From Candidatus Cloacimonadales bacterium (lineage in GTDB: Bacteria; Cloacimonadota; Cloacimonadia; Cloacimonadales; JAFGVF01), in assembly GCA_963662585.1 (NCBI GenBank), contig OY759729.1, forward strand, positions 896,001 to 960,000: DNA of 64,000 nucleotides. Reading direction: 5' to 3'. Of the stretch, positions 9,812 through 19,465 are shown piece by piece (positions within the stretch are counted from its first letter, which is position 1; each line of letters opens with the position of its first letter). The translations under genes were made by a program, and so were the position numbers. The notes under the pieces were generated by a model that was not told where the DNA came from, ran no database searches, and saw only the letters and a program-made list of their open reading frames with translations.

Positions 9812-10504
9812 ATGAATAAAAAAATAGAAAACCAAATAAGAAATATTCTTGAAGCAAGTAATCAAAAATGGCAGTTAATAGATCCTTCTGAAACCGTAGT
9901 TTTTGCAATTTCTGGTGGAAAGGATTCCCTCTCTCTTTTAGCAATTTTACGGGAATATTTCACAGATTTTAAAGCAGTTCATATTGCTATTTCTTCACAT
10001 TCAGACTTATCTTTTATTCCTTTTGTAGAAAAATTTACCCAGCTTGCAGTCATAGAAAAAGAGATTATGCTGGAAGCTAAAGCTTCAACTAAAAATCCAT
10101 GTTTTATTTGTAGTAGAAGAAGAAACCAAGCTATTTTCGAGTATGCTCACAGTTTGGGAATTCGAAAAGTTCTCTTTGCTCATAATAGAGAAGATGTCAT
10201 GGAAACACTTCTGATGAATATGCTTTATTCTAGAAAAATATCTACGATGCTACCTAAACAAACTCTTTTCCAAGGTAAAATAGAAGTAGTAAGACCCTTT
10301 TATGAAGTCCCTGAGATATTACTCTCTAATTATGCTAAAGAAATCCCTGTAATAGCGAAATCGTGTGATTTTGATGGTAAGACTAAAAGAGAGTATATCA
10401 AGAAACTCATTAACCAAATATCTCAAGACCATCCCGATATAAATATCAATAATAATCTATATAATTCTATCCTTAACATAGATTTAGAGCATTTACCAAA
10501 ATAA
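9812..10504 (+). CDS. TtcA-family tRNA thiolation PP-loop ATPase
   Basis: SGGKDS PP-loop, PCFICSRRR, AHNREDVMET, RP motif. Confidence 0.8.
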   Translation: MNKKIENQIRNILEASNQKWQLIDPSETVVFAISGGKDSLSLLAILREYFTDFKAVHIAISSHSDLSFIPFVEKFTQLAVIEKEIMLEAKASTKNPCFICSRRRNQAIFEYAHSLGIRKVLFAHNREDVMETLLMNMLYSRKISTMLPKQTLFQGKIEVVRPFYEVPEILLSNYAKEIPVIAKSCDFDGKTKREYIKKLINQISQDHPDININNNLYNSILNIDLEHLPK

Positions 10505-10550
10505 CATTTTAAGCACTAATCAATAAGTCATTATATGCATATCCAATAAT

Positions 10551-10630
10551 CTCTCCCTTCTCTTTCTCACTAAACACTATTAAATATCAAATAATATTTG
10601 TCTTGAGTGAGAAAGAGCAGAGGACGATAA
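10551..10630. repeat. Pyrimidine-arm/purine-arm long palindrome, copy A
   Basis: CTCTTTCTCACT (10560-10571) pairs with AGTGAGAAAGAG (10606-10617); shares motifs with copies at 27.9 kb and 62.5 kb. Confidence 0.6.
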
Positions 10631-10664
10631 GCTAGCCTTGAGCATAGAATGGATACGGGGCTTC

Positions 10665-10768
10665 TTAACTGGGAATGTGGGCATCCCGGCCCGTTATCAT
10701 TGTGCAAACAATGATATTAACTGGGAATGTGGGCATCCCTGCCCGCTATCATTGTGCTAACAATGATA
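10665..10768. repeat. Tandem 52-bp REP-like unit x2
   Basis: Units 10665-10716 and 10717-10768 differ at 3 positions; each has a GC hairpin and TATCATTGT-4nt-ACAATGATA. Confidence 0.85.
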
Positions 10769-11100
10769 TTGTCATAAATCCCAAAGGGATTAAAGATTAA
10801 CAGGCTGAAATACAGCCTGTCGGATTCACGGACTAAAGGTCCGTAACCCCAGTTATTAAATCCCAAAAGAATGCTATTCGTCAGCAAGAGGTGTAAGCCC
10901 CTTGAAATTATACCACACAAGAGTGGTTCAAAGCCTTAGCGGAGAACTAGGAAACAATAAGAAAATTGCTGAAAAATCGGTCAAATTATTTAGGACTGGT
11001 AGGCGACATGTATTAGATAAGCAATTTTGGAAGCATATAAATCCTATTTAACCCCTTCAGGTTTAGGTTTTTATGGGGAATCTTTAACCAGGTCTAAATA

Positions 11101-11991
11101 TTATTTCCTAAATCCTAATTCATTTAAAGAAGAATTATTTTTTCGCCAGTTCTTCTTTATTTTTACAAAGAGTTCAATTGTTACTGCTTTCCCAATAAAG
11201 TTTCTTAATTCCCGTTGAGCATCAAGTCTAACTTTCTTAATAGAAGCTCCCCCCTTGCCAATAACAATAGGTTTCTGCGAGCTTCTTTCTATCCAAATAG
11301 TAGCAGCAATAGTAACTCTTTCCTCATCTTCTTGATAGCTTTCGATTAATGCTGCAGTAGAATAAGGTATTTCATCACCATAATTTAAGAATATTTTTTC
11401 TCTAATAATTTCTTGAGCAAAGAAACGCATAGGTAAATCGGAGAGATTCTCAGGGTCATAGAGAGGAGGTGAATAAGGAAGCATATCGGCAAAGATATCT
11501 AATAATTCTCCTGTTTTTTCTCCCTTGAGTGCTGAAATACCTTCTGCACGATCAAAGATTGTTCTAAGCATTCCTAGTTTTTCATCAATGACTTCTTGAG
11601 TTACTAAATCAATCTTGTTAAGGAGAGCTATTTTAGGTGTTCTGAATGATTTTAATTCAGCCAATAACTCTTTATCATAATCAGTAGGAAAGTGATTAGC
11701 ATCAGTGATAAAGACAATCAAATCAGAATCTTTAAGAGAGTTCTTGATGATATCTAACATTCTGTTGTGCAATTCATATCTAGGCTTTAAAAAACCTGGA
11801 GTGTCGACAAAGATAATCTGTTTTTTCTCATCTGAGTAAAAACCTTTTAGACTCTGTCTTGTAGTTTGTGGTTTAGAAGATATAATTGAGAGTTTAATCC
11901 CAATTAGATGATTCATTAATGTTGATTTACCAACATTTGGTTTTCCTATAATGGCTACGAAACCACATTTATATTTGTCTAGATCTATCAT
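11101..11991 (-). CDS. era: GTPase Era
   Basis: GFVAIIGKPNVGKSTL, KPQTTR, DTPG, NKID, C-terminal KH domain with IVIGKGG. Confidence 0.97.
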   Translation of the reverse strand: MIDLDKYKCGFVAIIGKPNVGKSTLMNHLIGIKLSIISSKPQTTRQSLKGFYSDEKKQIIFVDTPGFLKPRYELHNRMLDIIKNSLKDSDLIVFITDANHFPTDYDKELLAELKSFRTPKIALLNKIDLVTQEVIDEKLGMLRTIFDRAEGISALKGEKTGELLDIFADMLPYSPPLYDPENLSDLPMRFFAQEIIREKIFLNYGDEIPYSTAALIESYQEDEERVTIAATIWIERSSQKPIVIGKGGASIKKVRLDAQRELRNFIGKAVTIELFVKIKKNWRKNNSSLNELGFRK

Positions 11992-12185
11992 GATACCTCA
12001 TTTTGTTTGGTCTGGAAATAATTTGACCGATTTTTTGCAATAATCTTCTTCTTTTTCTTTGTCCGCTATCACGGCCAAGCTCTTTCTAGGGGGATTATCT
12101 TCAAGTGTCTTGCGACCACTCTCTCTTAGATGCTATCCCTCTAGCTCTTTGTTTCTTCAAATTCTCTATTCAGGATTTATCCAGC

Positions 12186-12791
12186 CTATCCCCTATACAT
12201 CATTTGGATAAGTAGGATCTTTTGTTTAGGTGTAGCAGGAAGATATCTTGCTCTCCTAATATCTTCTTTTAGTTGAAGATCATAAAAGTAGGTATGGTCG
12301 TCGACTATATTAAACTGAATAATTGCCTCAAACTTAACATTCTCAAGGGTTAGTTTGCCGACAACAGATACGATTTGAGTAATCCCATCATCTGCTTGTC
12401 TATAAGACCAGTTCTGTTTTTTCATATCATATCCCAGAACATTATTTACAGCTAAACCAATTGTTTTATTGCTATAATCAATATCTGTGAAATTACTATG
12501 ATCCCAAAAAGAGTTGGGAAGAATTAAAAGAAATGATTTTCTTACTTGATCAATTTTCATTTCGCTAACATTTACAGAATCTTGGACTACAACGCTTAAA
12601 TTGCGATTATTCACTTGAAATGGAAGATCCACTAGTTTATTAACCACTAAGATGATGACAGTAGCAAAGAAGAAACATAGAATAGCAAAAATAATAATGC
12701 TATTCTTAGGAATTAATGCTTCTTTCTGTTTAGATTTAGACTTTCTCTTAGATTCTTTCTCCAAGACATCAGACATGTCAATCTTGCTCAT
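12186..12791 (-). CDS. Hypothetical single-pass membrane protein
   Basis: Basic N-terminus then one TM segment; overlaps the miaB stop. Confidence 0.7.
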   Translation of the reverse strand: MSKIDMSDVLEKESKRKSKSKQKEALIPKNSIIIFAILCFFFATVIILVVNKLVDLPFQVNNRNLSVVVQDSVNVSEMKIDQVRKSFLLILPNSFWDHSNFTDIDYSNKTIGLAVNNVLGYDMKKQNWSYRQADDGITQIVSVVGKLTLENVKFEAIIQFNIVDDHTYFYDLQLKEDIRRARYLPATPKQKILLIQMMYRG

Positions 12792-14073
12792 ACTTTACTC
12801 CAATAAGAGTTCCTGCAGTAGCATCAGTTATTTTAACTTTTACGAATTTCCCGATTAAGTCTGCACTACCAGGGAATACACATATTTTGAAATCATCAGT
12901 TTTACCCGAAACTTCTTCAGCTGATTTTTTGGAAAGATTCTCTACTAATACTTCAACGACATTACCTATTTGCTTTTGGTATTTCTCTAAAGTAATTTTG
13001 CGTTGCATTTCGATAAGTCTCTGCAATCTATCTAGTCTAATTGCCTCTGGAACTTGGTCTGTAAATTCAGCAGCTTTGGTTCCACGACGAGGAGAATATT
13101 TATACATAAAAGCATAATCAAACTCTATCTTGGCCATGAGATTATAAGTATCCATAAATTGCTCTTCACTCTCACCTGAGAAGCCAGCAATAACATCAGT
13201 AGTAATCGCTATATCAGGCATCACTTCCCGCAATTTCAGGATTCTATTATAGAAATGCTCCGAAGTATAACCACGATTCATTCTTTTAAGAATCTCAGTG
13301 TTACCACTTTGCATAGCAAAATGAATATTTTTACACACTTTATCAGATTCTTTCATGGCGTAGATTAATTCATCTGAAAGATCTTTAGGGTGAGAAGTAA
13401 CGAATCTAATTCTTTTTATAGAATCTATCTTATTTATCTCTCTGATTAAATCAGGGAATTTTATCCCTTCAAAATCATAAGAATTAACATTTTGTCCTAA
13501 GAGAGTGATATCTGGAAAACCCTTATCACCAGCTTCTTTTACCTCAGTGAGAATATCAGAAATTGGTCTAGACCTTTCTCTACCTCTAGTGTAAGGAACA
13601 ATACAATAAGAACAGAAGTTATTGCATCCTCGCATGATAGTAACAAAAGCATTAAGTTTTCCTTGGCGAGTTGGGTAGATATCATTATATATTTCTTCTT
13701 TATTAAAATCAGCAGCTATTCTTTCTGAATCAGAAGCAAGAAGATGAGGAATTTCACTGTATTGGTCAACACCAACAACAAAATCAATTCCATCTTGAAT
13801 TTCCATAAGCTCTTCTTGAAGTCTCTGGGCCATACAGCCAATAACACCTATTCTAAGTCCTGGATTACTTCGCTTACGAGATTTTTCATTAGCTATCCTG
13901 CCCAAAACTCTCTCTTCAGCATGTTGTCTTACTGAACAGGTATTGAAGATTATGATATCAGCTTCATCTAAAGTTGTGGCCTCTTGATAGCCATTATTTA
14001 TCAAAATTGTGGTTACTAATTCACTGTCTGCTATATTCATTTGACAGCCATAAGTCTCTATGTAAAATCTCAT
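12778..14073 (-). CDS. miaB: tRNA-2-methylthio-N6-dimethylallyladenosine synthase MiaB
   Basis: TYGCQMN, NTCSVR, GCMAQR, radical SAM CNNFCSYC, C-terminal TRAM domain. Confidence 0.95.
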   Translation of the reverse strand: MRFYIETYGCQMNIADSELVTTILINNGYQEATTLDEADIIIFNTCSVRQHAEERVLGRIANEKSRKRSNPGLRIGVIGCMAQRLQEELMEIQDGIDFVVGVDQYSEIPHLLASDSERIAADFNKEEIYNDIYPTRQGKLNAFVTIMRGCNNFCSYCIVPYTRGRERSRPISDILTEVKEAGDKGFPDITLLGQNVNSYDFEGIKFPDLIREINKIDSIKRIRFVTSHPKDLSDELIYAMKESDKVCKNIHFAMQSGNTEILKRMNRGYTSEHFYNRILKLREVMPDIAITTDVIAGFSGESEEQFMDTYNLMAKIEFDYAFMYKYSPRRGTKAAEFTDQVPEAIRLDRLQRLIEMQRKITLEKYQKQIGNVVEVLVENLSKKSAEEVSGKTDDFKICVFPGSADLIGKFVKVKITDATAGTLIGVKYEQD

Positions 14074-14081
14074 TTTATCCT

Positions 14082-14867
14082 CTATACATTAATTATCGGA
14101 GTAGGTCTATGTTGATTAGCAATAAATAAATTTACTTCTGCTTTAATTTCTTTTAGGTAGGAACTCATCTCTTTAAAAGCTAACTCGGGAGTATTATTTG
14201 CTTCTGATAAGTGAGCTAAGATAAGATTGCTTAAGCCTGGATGCATCATCTGACTTACCACTGCTACAGCTTGCTTATTGGAAAGATGTCCTCTAATACT
14301 TTTTACTCGTTGTTTTAATTCCCAAGAGTAGGAACCATTCAAGAGAATAACTTCATCATGATTACTCTCCAAAACTAAGGTAGTTACTTCTTTAATTTTG
14401 TTAAGCAGTAATTTAGAAGCAAAGCCTAAATCTGTTGCTATAGCTAACTTCTGTTTAGTGTTATCCAGCTGTTCAAAAAGAAAATTGCTACTATCTATAG
14501 CATCGTGAGAGGAGCTAAAAGAGCTTACTTTTATATCTCCAATGACAAAATCATCTCCTACGCAAAAATAGATTGGAGCTTGGTTTAACTTACCTAATTT
14601 GCTATAACATCTAGAATAGGTTGCTTCGGTGAAGTAGATAGGAATATTAAGTTTTCTACTGATAATTCCTGCCCCATTTACATGGTCGCTATGTTCATGA
14701 GAGATAACAACTCCGTTAAGTTTACTTGGATCAACGCCAATCTCTTCCATAGCACTAAATATTTTCTTTGCTGAAAGTCCTGCATCTAAAAGAAGATAAG
14801 TGTCATCAGTGAAAATTAAGTTTGCATTTCCTTTACTCCCACTTAATAATACAGAAGTCCTTAACAT
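14082..14867 (-). CDS. MBL-fold metallohydrolase, YycJ/WalJ family
   Basis: SGSKGN, SHEHSDH, TDLG, LESNHD, GHLSN, HLSEANN. Confidence 0.88.
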   Translation of the reverse strand: MLRTSVLLSGSKGNANLIFTDDTYLLLDAGLSAKKIFSAMEEIGVDPSKLNGVVISHEHSDHVNGAGIISRKLNIPIYFTEATYSRCYSKLGKLNQAPIYFCVGDDFVIGDIKVSSFSSSHDAIDSSNFLFEQLDNTKQKLAIATDLGFASKLLLNKIKEVTTLVLESNHDEVILLNGSYSWELKQRVKSIRGHLSNKQAVAVVSQMMHPGLSNLILAHLSEANNTPELAFKEMSSYLKEIKAEVNLFIANQHRPTPIINV

Positions 14868-14870
14868 CGA

Positions 14871-15812
14871 TTACCCTTTATAATAGAACTTTTGGTTTAA
14901 CTTATCAAATTCAGACCATTTAGAATTATCAGAACTTGCTTCAATAATTTGCTTTACACCTGTTACCTGAGCATCCATATTATCTGCAAGGTGCAGTAAA
15001 TGTGCTTCTAAAGTTTGAGGTAATCTCACAGAACCCTTTTCATATTCTCCATGATGAGCTAAGACCATGTGTCTCAATTTCATCAAAAGTTCTTTGGGGA
15101 ATAAATCTATCTTACTTGCATTTTCAGTAATCATTCTATCAACCATAACAAAATGTCCGATTAATCTTCCTTCATCAGAGAAATCAATTCCTATTGCAGA
15201 ATCATACTCATAAATTTTACCTAAATCATGTAAAATAGCACCTGTAATAACTAAATCTCTGTCAACAGGATATAAGTCACAGGCAAAAGCACAAATTTTG
15301 GTAACAGCTAAGGTGTGTTCTAAAAGTCCTCCAGCATAATTATGATGCCAACTTTTAGCAGCAGGGGAACTTATAAAAAGATTGAGGATTTTTTTGTTTC
15401 CAAATATCTCATTTAGAAGTTTTGAGAGATACTCATTTTGGATAGAATCAACAAATTCAAAGAATCTATCAGTTAATTCGGTGATATCTTTTTTGGTTGA
15501 AGGTATCAATTCAGCCATATCATATTCTTTATCTTCTAAATTGAAAATATCATTGATAGTAATTTGGATATTTTTATTATATTTAATCACCATACCTTGG
15601 ACTTTAATAACATCACCAACTTCGAACATTTCAGATTTAACTGAAGCATTTTTCCAGATGTTGGCTACAACAAAGCCGCTATTATCGGCTAACTTCAATC
15701 TAAGAAAGAAGTCTCTATTTCCCTGTCTAAGGTCTTTTTCAACAACGAGAAAATAGCTATCTATTTCTTGATTTATACAGTTAGCAAGTTCACTAATATT
15801 TATTCTATTCAT
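14871..15812 (-). CDS. yhaM: 3'-5' exoribonuclease YhaM/Cbf1 family (OB + HD)
   Basis: N-terminal OB fold; PAAKSWHH, GGLLEHT, LHDLGK, HHGEYE motifs. Confidence 0.88.
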   Translation of the reverse strand: MNRINISELANCINQEIDSYFLVVEKDLRQGNRDFFLRLKLADNSGFVVANIWKNASVKSEMFEVGDVIKVQGMVIKYNKNIQITINDIFNLEDKEYDMAELIPSTKKDITELTDRFFEFVDSIQNEYLSKLLNEIFGNKKILNLFISSPAAKSWHHNYAGGLLEHTLAVTKICAFACDLYPVDRDLVITGAILHDLGKIYEYDSAIGIDFSDEGRLIGHFVMVDRMITENASKIDLFPKELLMKLRHMVLAHHGEYEKGSVRLPQTLEAHLLHLADNMDAQVTGVKQIIEASSDNSKWSEFDKLNQKFYYKG

Positions 15813-15817
15813 TTTAA

Positions 15818-17722
15818 TTACTCCTTAATTATCAGAAATTTAACAAGAGGTCCTTGTTTATTGGCAGAAGATGAAGCACGAAGAAAATAGACCCCGCTGG
15901 CAATATTTTTATGCAACTTAATAGAGTTATTTTGATTAAGGAATTTCCCTATCTTTTGTCCTCTTAGATTGTATAAAGTATAATATTCAGCACTATTTTT
16001 CTGGGAAGTAGCAATATTTAACACTGCTCCTGTTTTAACCGGATTTGGGTAAACAGAAAAAGCTGGAATACTTGCCACATCTTCATTCTCTTGATTCGAA
16101 ACTAATATATTGTTTTCTAAAGAATATCTACTAAAGCTAATTATCTCATTTGTATCTTCCCGATAAATAATTACATTAGCAAACTTATCTCCATTAGTAG
16201 TTGTATAAAGGCTATCGACATTATCGATATCATAAGTAAATTCAAAATTAGCATTGCCGTCTTCACTTAAGCGATCAAAATCGTAACTTACATCACTTAT
16301 TTCTCCCACAATAAACTCATCACTTTCTTCAGAGTAGTGTCTGGATTTTTGGCTAATAAAGACATCAATTGCCAGATTATTGGTGAAAGTATCAAAGACA
16401 AAGCGATCACCATAATTAAATTCTTTGAAGTATGTTAGCAGGCTCCCATCTTCTTCTAAACCTTCATTAACAGTATTAAAAACTTTAGGTATATAATAAA
16501 TATTATTTTCCAGATTCTCTTCTATAGCTGAATAATTATAGCTATTAAAGTAGTTAGTTCCATTTATGATTGTTAGAGGAAGCAGGTTCACGCCAAAATT
16601 TTGATAGTAATCATAAGAGTAATCTGAATAGAAGAGCTGATCTGAACCATCAATACCACAGTTGAAAATCAACCAATTAGGTTGAGCAAGTTCTCGTTGA
16701 GTTGCCAGCAGACCTTCTGTTACTTGATGATTTCCGGAAATAAAATTCATTATTATTGCAGAATCTGATTCATCTTGAAAATTGCATACTCTAGTAGTAT
16801 TACTGCTAAGCACTACATTAGCTGTATCTCTTCGAAGATAAGAAACAATTTTGTACTGAGAATCTAAAATTGGTAGCTGTAGATATTGAGTTTCACCTGA
16901 ATTTAAATTAAAATCAGCTTGTGGACTTAAATCTAAAGTGAGATGAAGCGAAGTTGGAGGATATGCTTCAGGATTAGGATGTTCAATAGCTATTTCTAAG
17001 TCAGCTGAAGCAATAAATTCTGTAGAATAATTCCTAATCTTACAATCATAAGTCCATAAATCATCATGACTATATTCAATTGCAACCTCTTCAATTACAA
17101 GCCTATCTGTATCATTTTCAATATTTAAAAATCCATCTATTGACATTAGAAATTCTTGGGAGATATTGAGATCATCTAAATTATTAAAAAAGACCTCATT
17201 GCCATCATTAACTTTATAATAGCTATTTTCGCCACTACCTGAAGCAGAAGCCATAAAGTTATTACTGAAATTAGTTGCATTATCCACTAGAACCCATAAA
17301 CCTTCACCTGTATAAGAGCTTGTTAAAGGAAATTCATGCCAGCCTGATTCAGTAATTGTATGATTAAGAACACTAAGTTCAGTAACATTCTCTCCAAAAA
17401 GTGGATCATATTGAGATTCTTCGTTATAACTAAGACCTCTAATGTTTACCTGAGCATCAGGTACTGTCGGAAAATAGATATTTACAGCTGAAATGGTAAT
17501 AGAACTTGCATTAACAATAAAATCACTGGCTACAAATTTCACAGCCCAAGTTTCTGAACCATACCAGTGAGAAATAGCAGTTTCATTCTCATAATATGAA
17601 AGAGAGTAATCTCTGTCATTGACTATGTTCTGATCTGTTTCAATTCTCTCAATAGAGAATAGATTTATCATATTAAACAAACTAACGATAAACAGTAAGC
17701 TAAAAAGTCTTGTTAATTTCAT
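15818..17722 (-). CDS. Secreted protein with T9SS type A-like C-terminal domain
   Basis: Signal peptide; C-terminus VYPNPVK...YNLRGQKI...SGVYFL...KFLIIKE; possible degenerate Omp28-like segment. Confidence 0.75.
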   Translation of the reverse strand: MKLTRLFSLLFIVSLFNMINLFSIERIETDQNIVNDRDYSLSYYENETAISHWYGSETWAVKFVASDFIVNASSITISAVNIYFPTVPDAQVNIRGLSYNEESQYDPLFGENVTELSVLNHTITESGWHEFPLTSSYTGEGLWVLVDNATNFSNNFMASASGSGENSYYKVNDGNEVFFNNLDDLNISQEFLMSIDGFLNIENDTDRLVIEEVAIEYSHDDLWTYDCKIRNYSTEFIASADLEIAIEHPNPEAYPPTSLHLTLDLSPQADFNLNSGETQYLQLPILDSQYKIVSYLRRDTANVVLSSNTTRVCNFQDESDSAIIMNFISGNHQVTEGLLATQRELAQPNWLIFNCGIDGSDQLFYSDYSYDYYQNFGVNLLPLTIINGTNYFNSYNYSAIEENLENNIYYIPKVFNTVNEGLEEDGSLLTYFKEFNYGDRFVFDTFTNNLAIDVFISQKSRHYSEESDEFIVGEISDVSYDFDRLSEDGNANFEFTYDIDNVDSLYTTTNGDKFANVIIYREDTNEIISFSRYSLENNILVSNQENEDVASIPAFSVYPNPVKTGAVLNIATSQKNSAEYYTLYNLRGQKIGKFLNQNNSIKLHKNIASGVYFLRASSSANKQGPLVKFLIIKE

Positions 17723-18608
17723 TAATCATCCTTCTGGAAATTAATACATCAGTGGCAATTGCTTCCTTAAGCTCTTCTATACTGGAATATTTCATTTCTT
17801 CTCTAATCTTCTTAAGAAAACTAGTTTCAACTACTTGTCCATATATCTCTTGATTAAAATCCAAGATATAACTTTCAATTTTTAGGTCAAGAGAATTACT
17901 CACTGTTGGATTGTTGCCTACATTTGTAAGACTGTAGTAAAGGCCATCTTGAGTATGGGTTTGAGATAGATAAACACCTGCTGGAGGAGTTAATTGAGAG
18001 GAAGTTAAAGCTTTGATATTAATTGTAGGGAATCCTAGAGTACGCCCTAATCTTTTCCCTTCCACTACTCTTCCCCAAAAGGAGAATCTTCTACCTAAAT
18101 ACTCACCAGCCTTGAAGAGAGAACCAGCTTTTATTAGTTCCCGAATTAAAGAAGAACTGACTATTTTATTTTCCAGAGCAAGGGGTTGAACTTGATAGGT
18201 TTTATAATGAAACTCTGTTTCATGCTTTTGAACAAAGTCATAATCTCCTTCCCTATTTCTACCAAATTTGGTATCATAACCAAGAACAATAGCTTTGGGA
18301 TGAAACCTTTCTACCAACTCTTCTTTCAAGAATGTATAGGGCAAGATATTTGCAAATTCTTTGGTAAAGTTTAAAAGTTCTATATAGTTAAATCCGCATT
18401 TCTTTAAAAGATCTATTTTCTGACTAGTCGTTGTTAATAGATAGGGTTCGACTTCTTCATCTAATGTATGTTTAGGGTGACTTTGATAAGTTACTATTAG
18501 AGGTTCGCAAGCATATTCTTTTGCCACTTGATGCAATTTTTCTAATAATTTACAGTGCCCTAAGTGAACACCATCAAAATTTCCTACAGTTAAGACAAAT
18601 TCTTTCAT
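17700..18608 (-). CDS. ribF: Bifunctional riboflavin kinase/FAD synthetase
   Basis: GNFDGVHLGH, VSSSLIR, GRTLGFPT, GVY, IESYILDF. Confidence 0.95.
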   Translation of the reverse strand: MKEFVLTVGNFDGVHLGHCKLLEKLHQVAKEYACEPLIVTYQSHPKHTLDEEVEPYLLTTTSQKIDLLKKCGFNYIELLNFTKEFANILPYTFLKEELVERFHPKAIVLGYDTKFGRNREGDYDFVQKHETEFHYKTYQVQPLALENKIVSSSLIRELIKAGSLFKAGEYLGRRFSFWGRVVEGKRLGRTLGFPTINIKALTSSQLTPPAGVYLSQTHTQDGLYYSLTNVGNNPTVSNSLDLKIESYILDFNQEIYGQVVETSFLKKIREEMKYSSIEELKEAIATDVLISRRMINEINKTF

Positions 18609-19465
18609 TACTTAAATACCTTTGTAGGCTGAAGTATTGAATTATTTACTTTTCCTAGACCTTTAGTTAGCTCTCCATATTTAACAATTACTAATTCGCT
18701 ATCAGGTTGAGAGTCTAGAACAATCGAACGCCCGAACCAAAAATCACTATCTTGTTTTTCAGTAAGTTGGATAACTTCACATTCCAAGAAATTCTCTATT
18801 GGTAATAGATAATCTTCCCAGTTCTCAGAAGTTATTATATCTAAATCTACAGCATCTTCAACTTTCATATCAGAGACTGATAAGCGATTTAGTTTAATGG
18901 TCGTAGCGATAGTATTATACATTTGGGCAATTTGTTCAGTAAGACTTCTAATATAAGTTCCCTTACTGACTTGACATTGATAAATTAAATTCGGAAATGA
19001 ATAGTCTATTACTTGAAAATCAGTGACCTTAATAGGACGAGCTTCCATAATAATATCTTGCTCTTTTCTTGCTAATTTATAAGCTCTCTGTCCATTAATT
19101 TTAATAGCAGAATAAATGGGTGGAAGTTGTTCTGTTAGGTTTTCTACTTGCCTCTTTAATTCTTCCGCTTCAATAGCCAAAGGACCTATTTCTTCTTCTT
19201 CGATAATTTTACCTGTAGAATCACCAGTATCGGTTTTGATACCAAACTGCATAGTTACCAAATAGCTTTTATCATAGTTAGTTAAGTATTGAGCTATTTT
19301 AGTCGCCTTTCCTACAAGAATCTGCATTAGTCCTTCAGCGAAAGGGTCTAAGGTTCCTGCATGTCCAAGTTGTTTGATATTAAGAATTCTTCTTAACTTT
19401 CTAATGATATCAAATGAAGTTATTCCTACAGGTTTATTGACTAATAGAATCCCTAGTTTATCCAT
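18608..19465 (-). CDS. truB: tRNA pseudouridine(55) synthase TruB
   Basis: KPVGITS, GHAGTLDPFAEG, PPIYSAIKING, SKGTYIRSL; likely start ATG 19465 rather than 19519. Confidence 0.95.
   Translation of the reverse strand: MDKLGILLVNKPVGITSFDIIRKLRRILNIKQLGHAGTLDPFAEGLMQILVGKATKIAQYLTNYDKSYLVTMQFGIKTDTGDSTGKIIEEEEIGPLAIEAEELKRQVENLTEQLPPIYSAIKINGQRAYKLARKEQDIIMEARPIKVTDFQVIDYSFPNLIYQCQVSKGTYIRSLTEQIAQMYNTIATTIKLNRLSVSDMKVEDAVDLDIITSENWEDYLLPIENFLECEVIQLTEKQDSDFWFGRSIVLDSQPDSELVIVKYGELTKGLGKVNNSILQPTKVFK

Noticed and set aside
10665..10768. Possible CRISPR array
   Set aside because: Only two abutting units, no unique spacers, and no cas genes in the window.
10717..11218. Short ORFs 10717-10920 (-) and 11027-11218 (+)
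   Set aside because: Translations of palindromic repeats or antisense to era; no protein-like features.
10972..12035. Composite transposon carrying era
   Set aside because: No transposase or target duplication seen; similarity extends outward from the 20-mers, so they are not ends of an element enclosing era.
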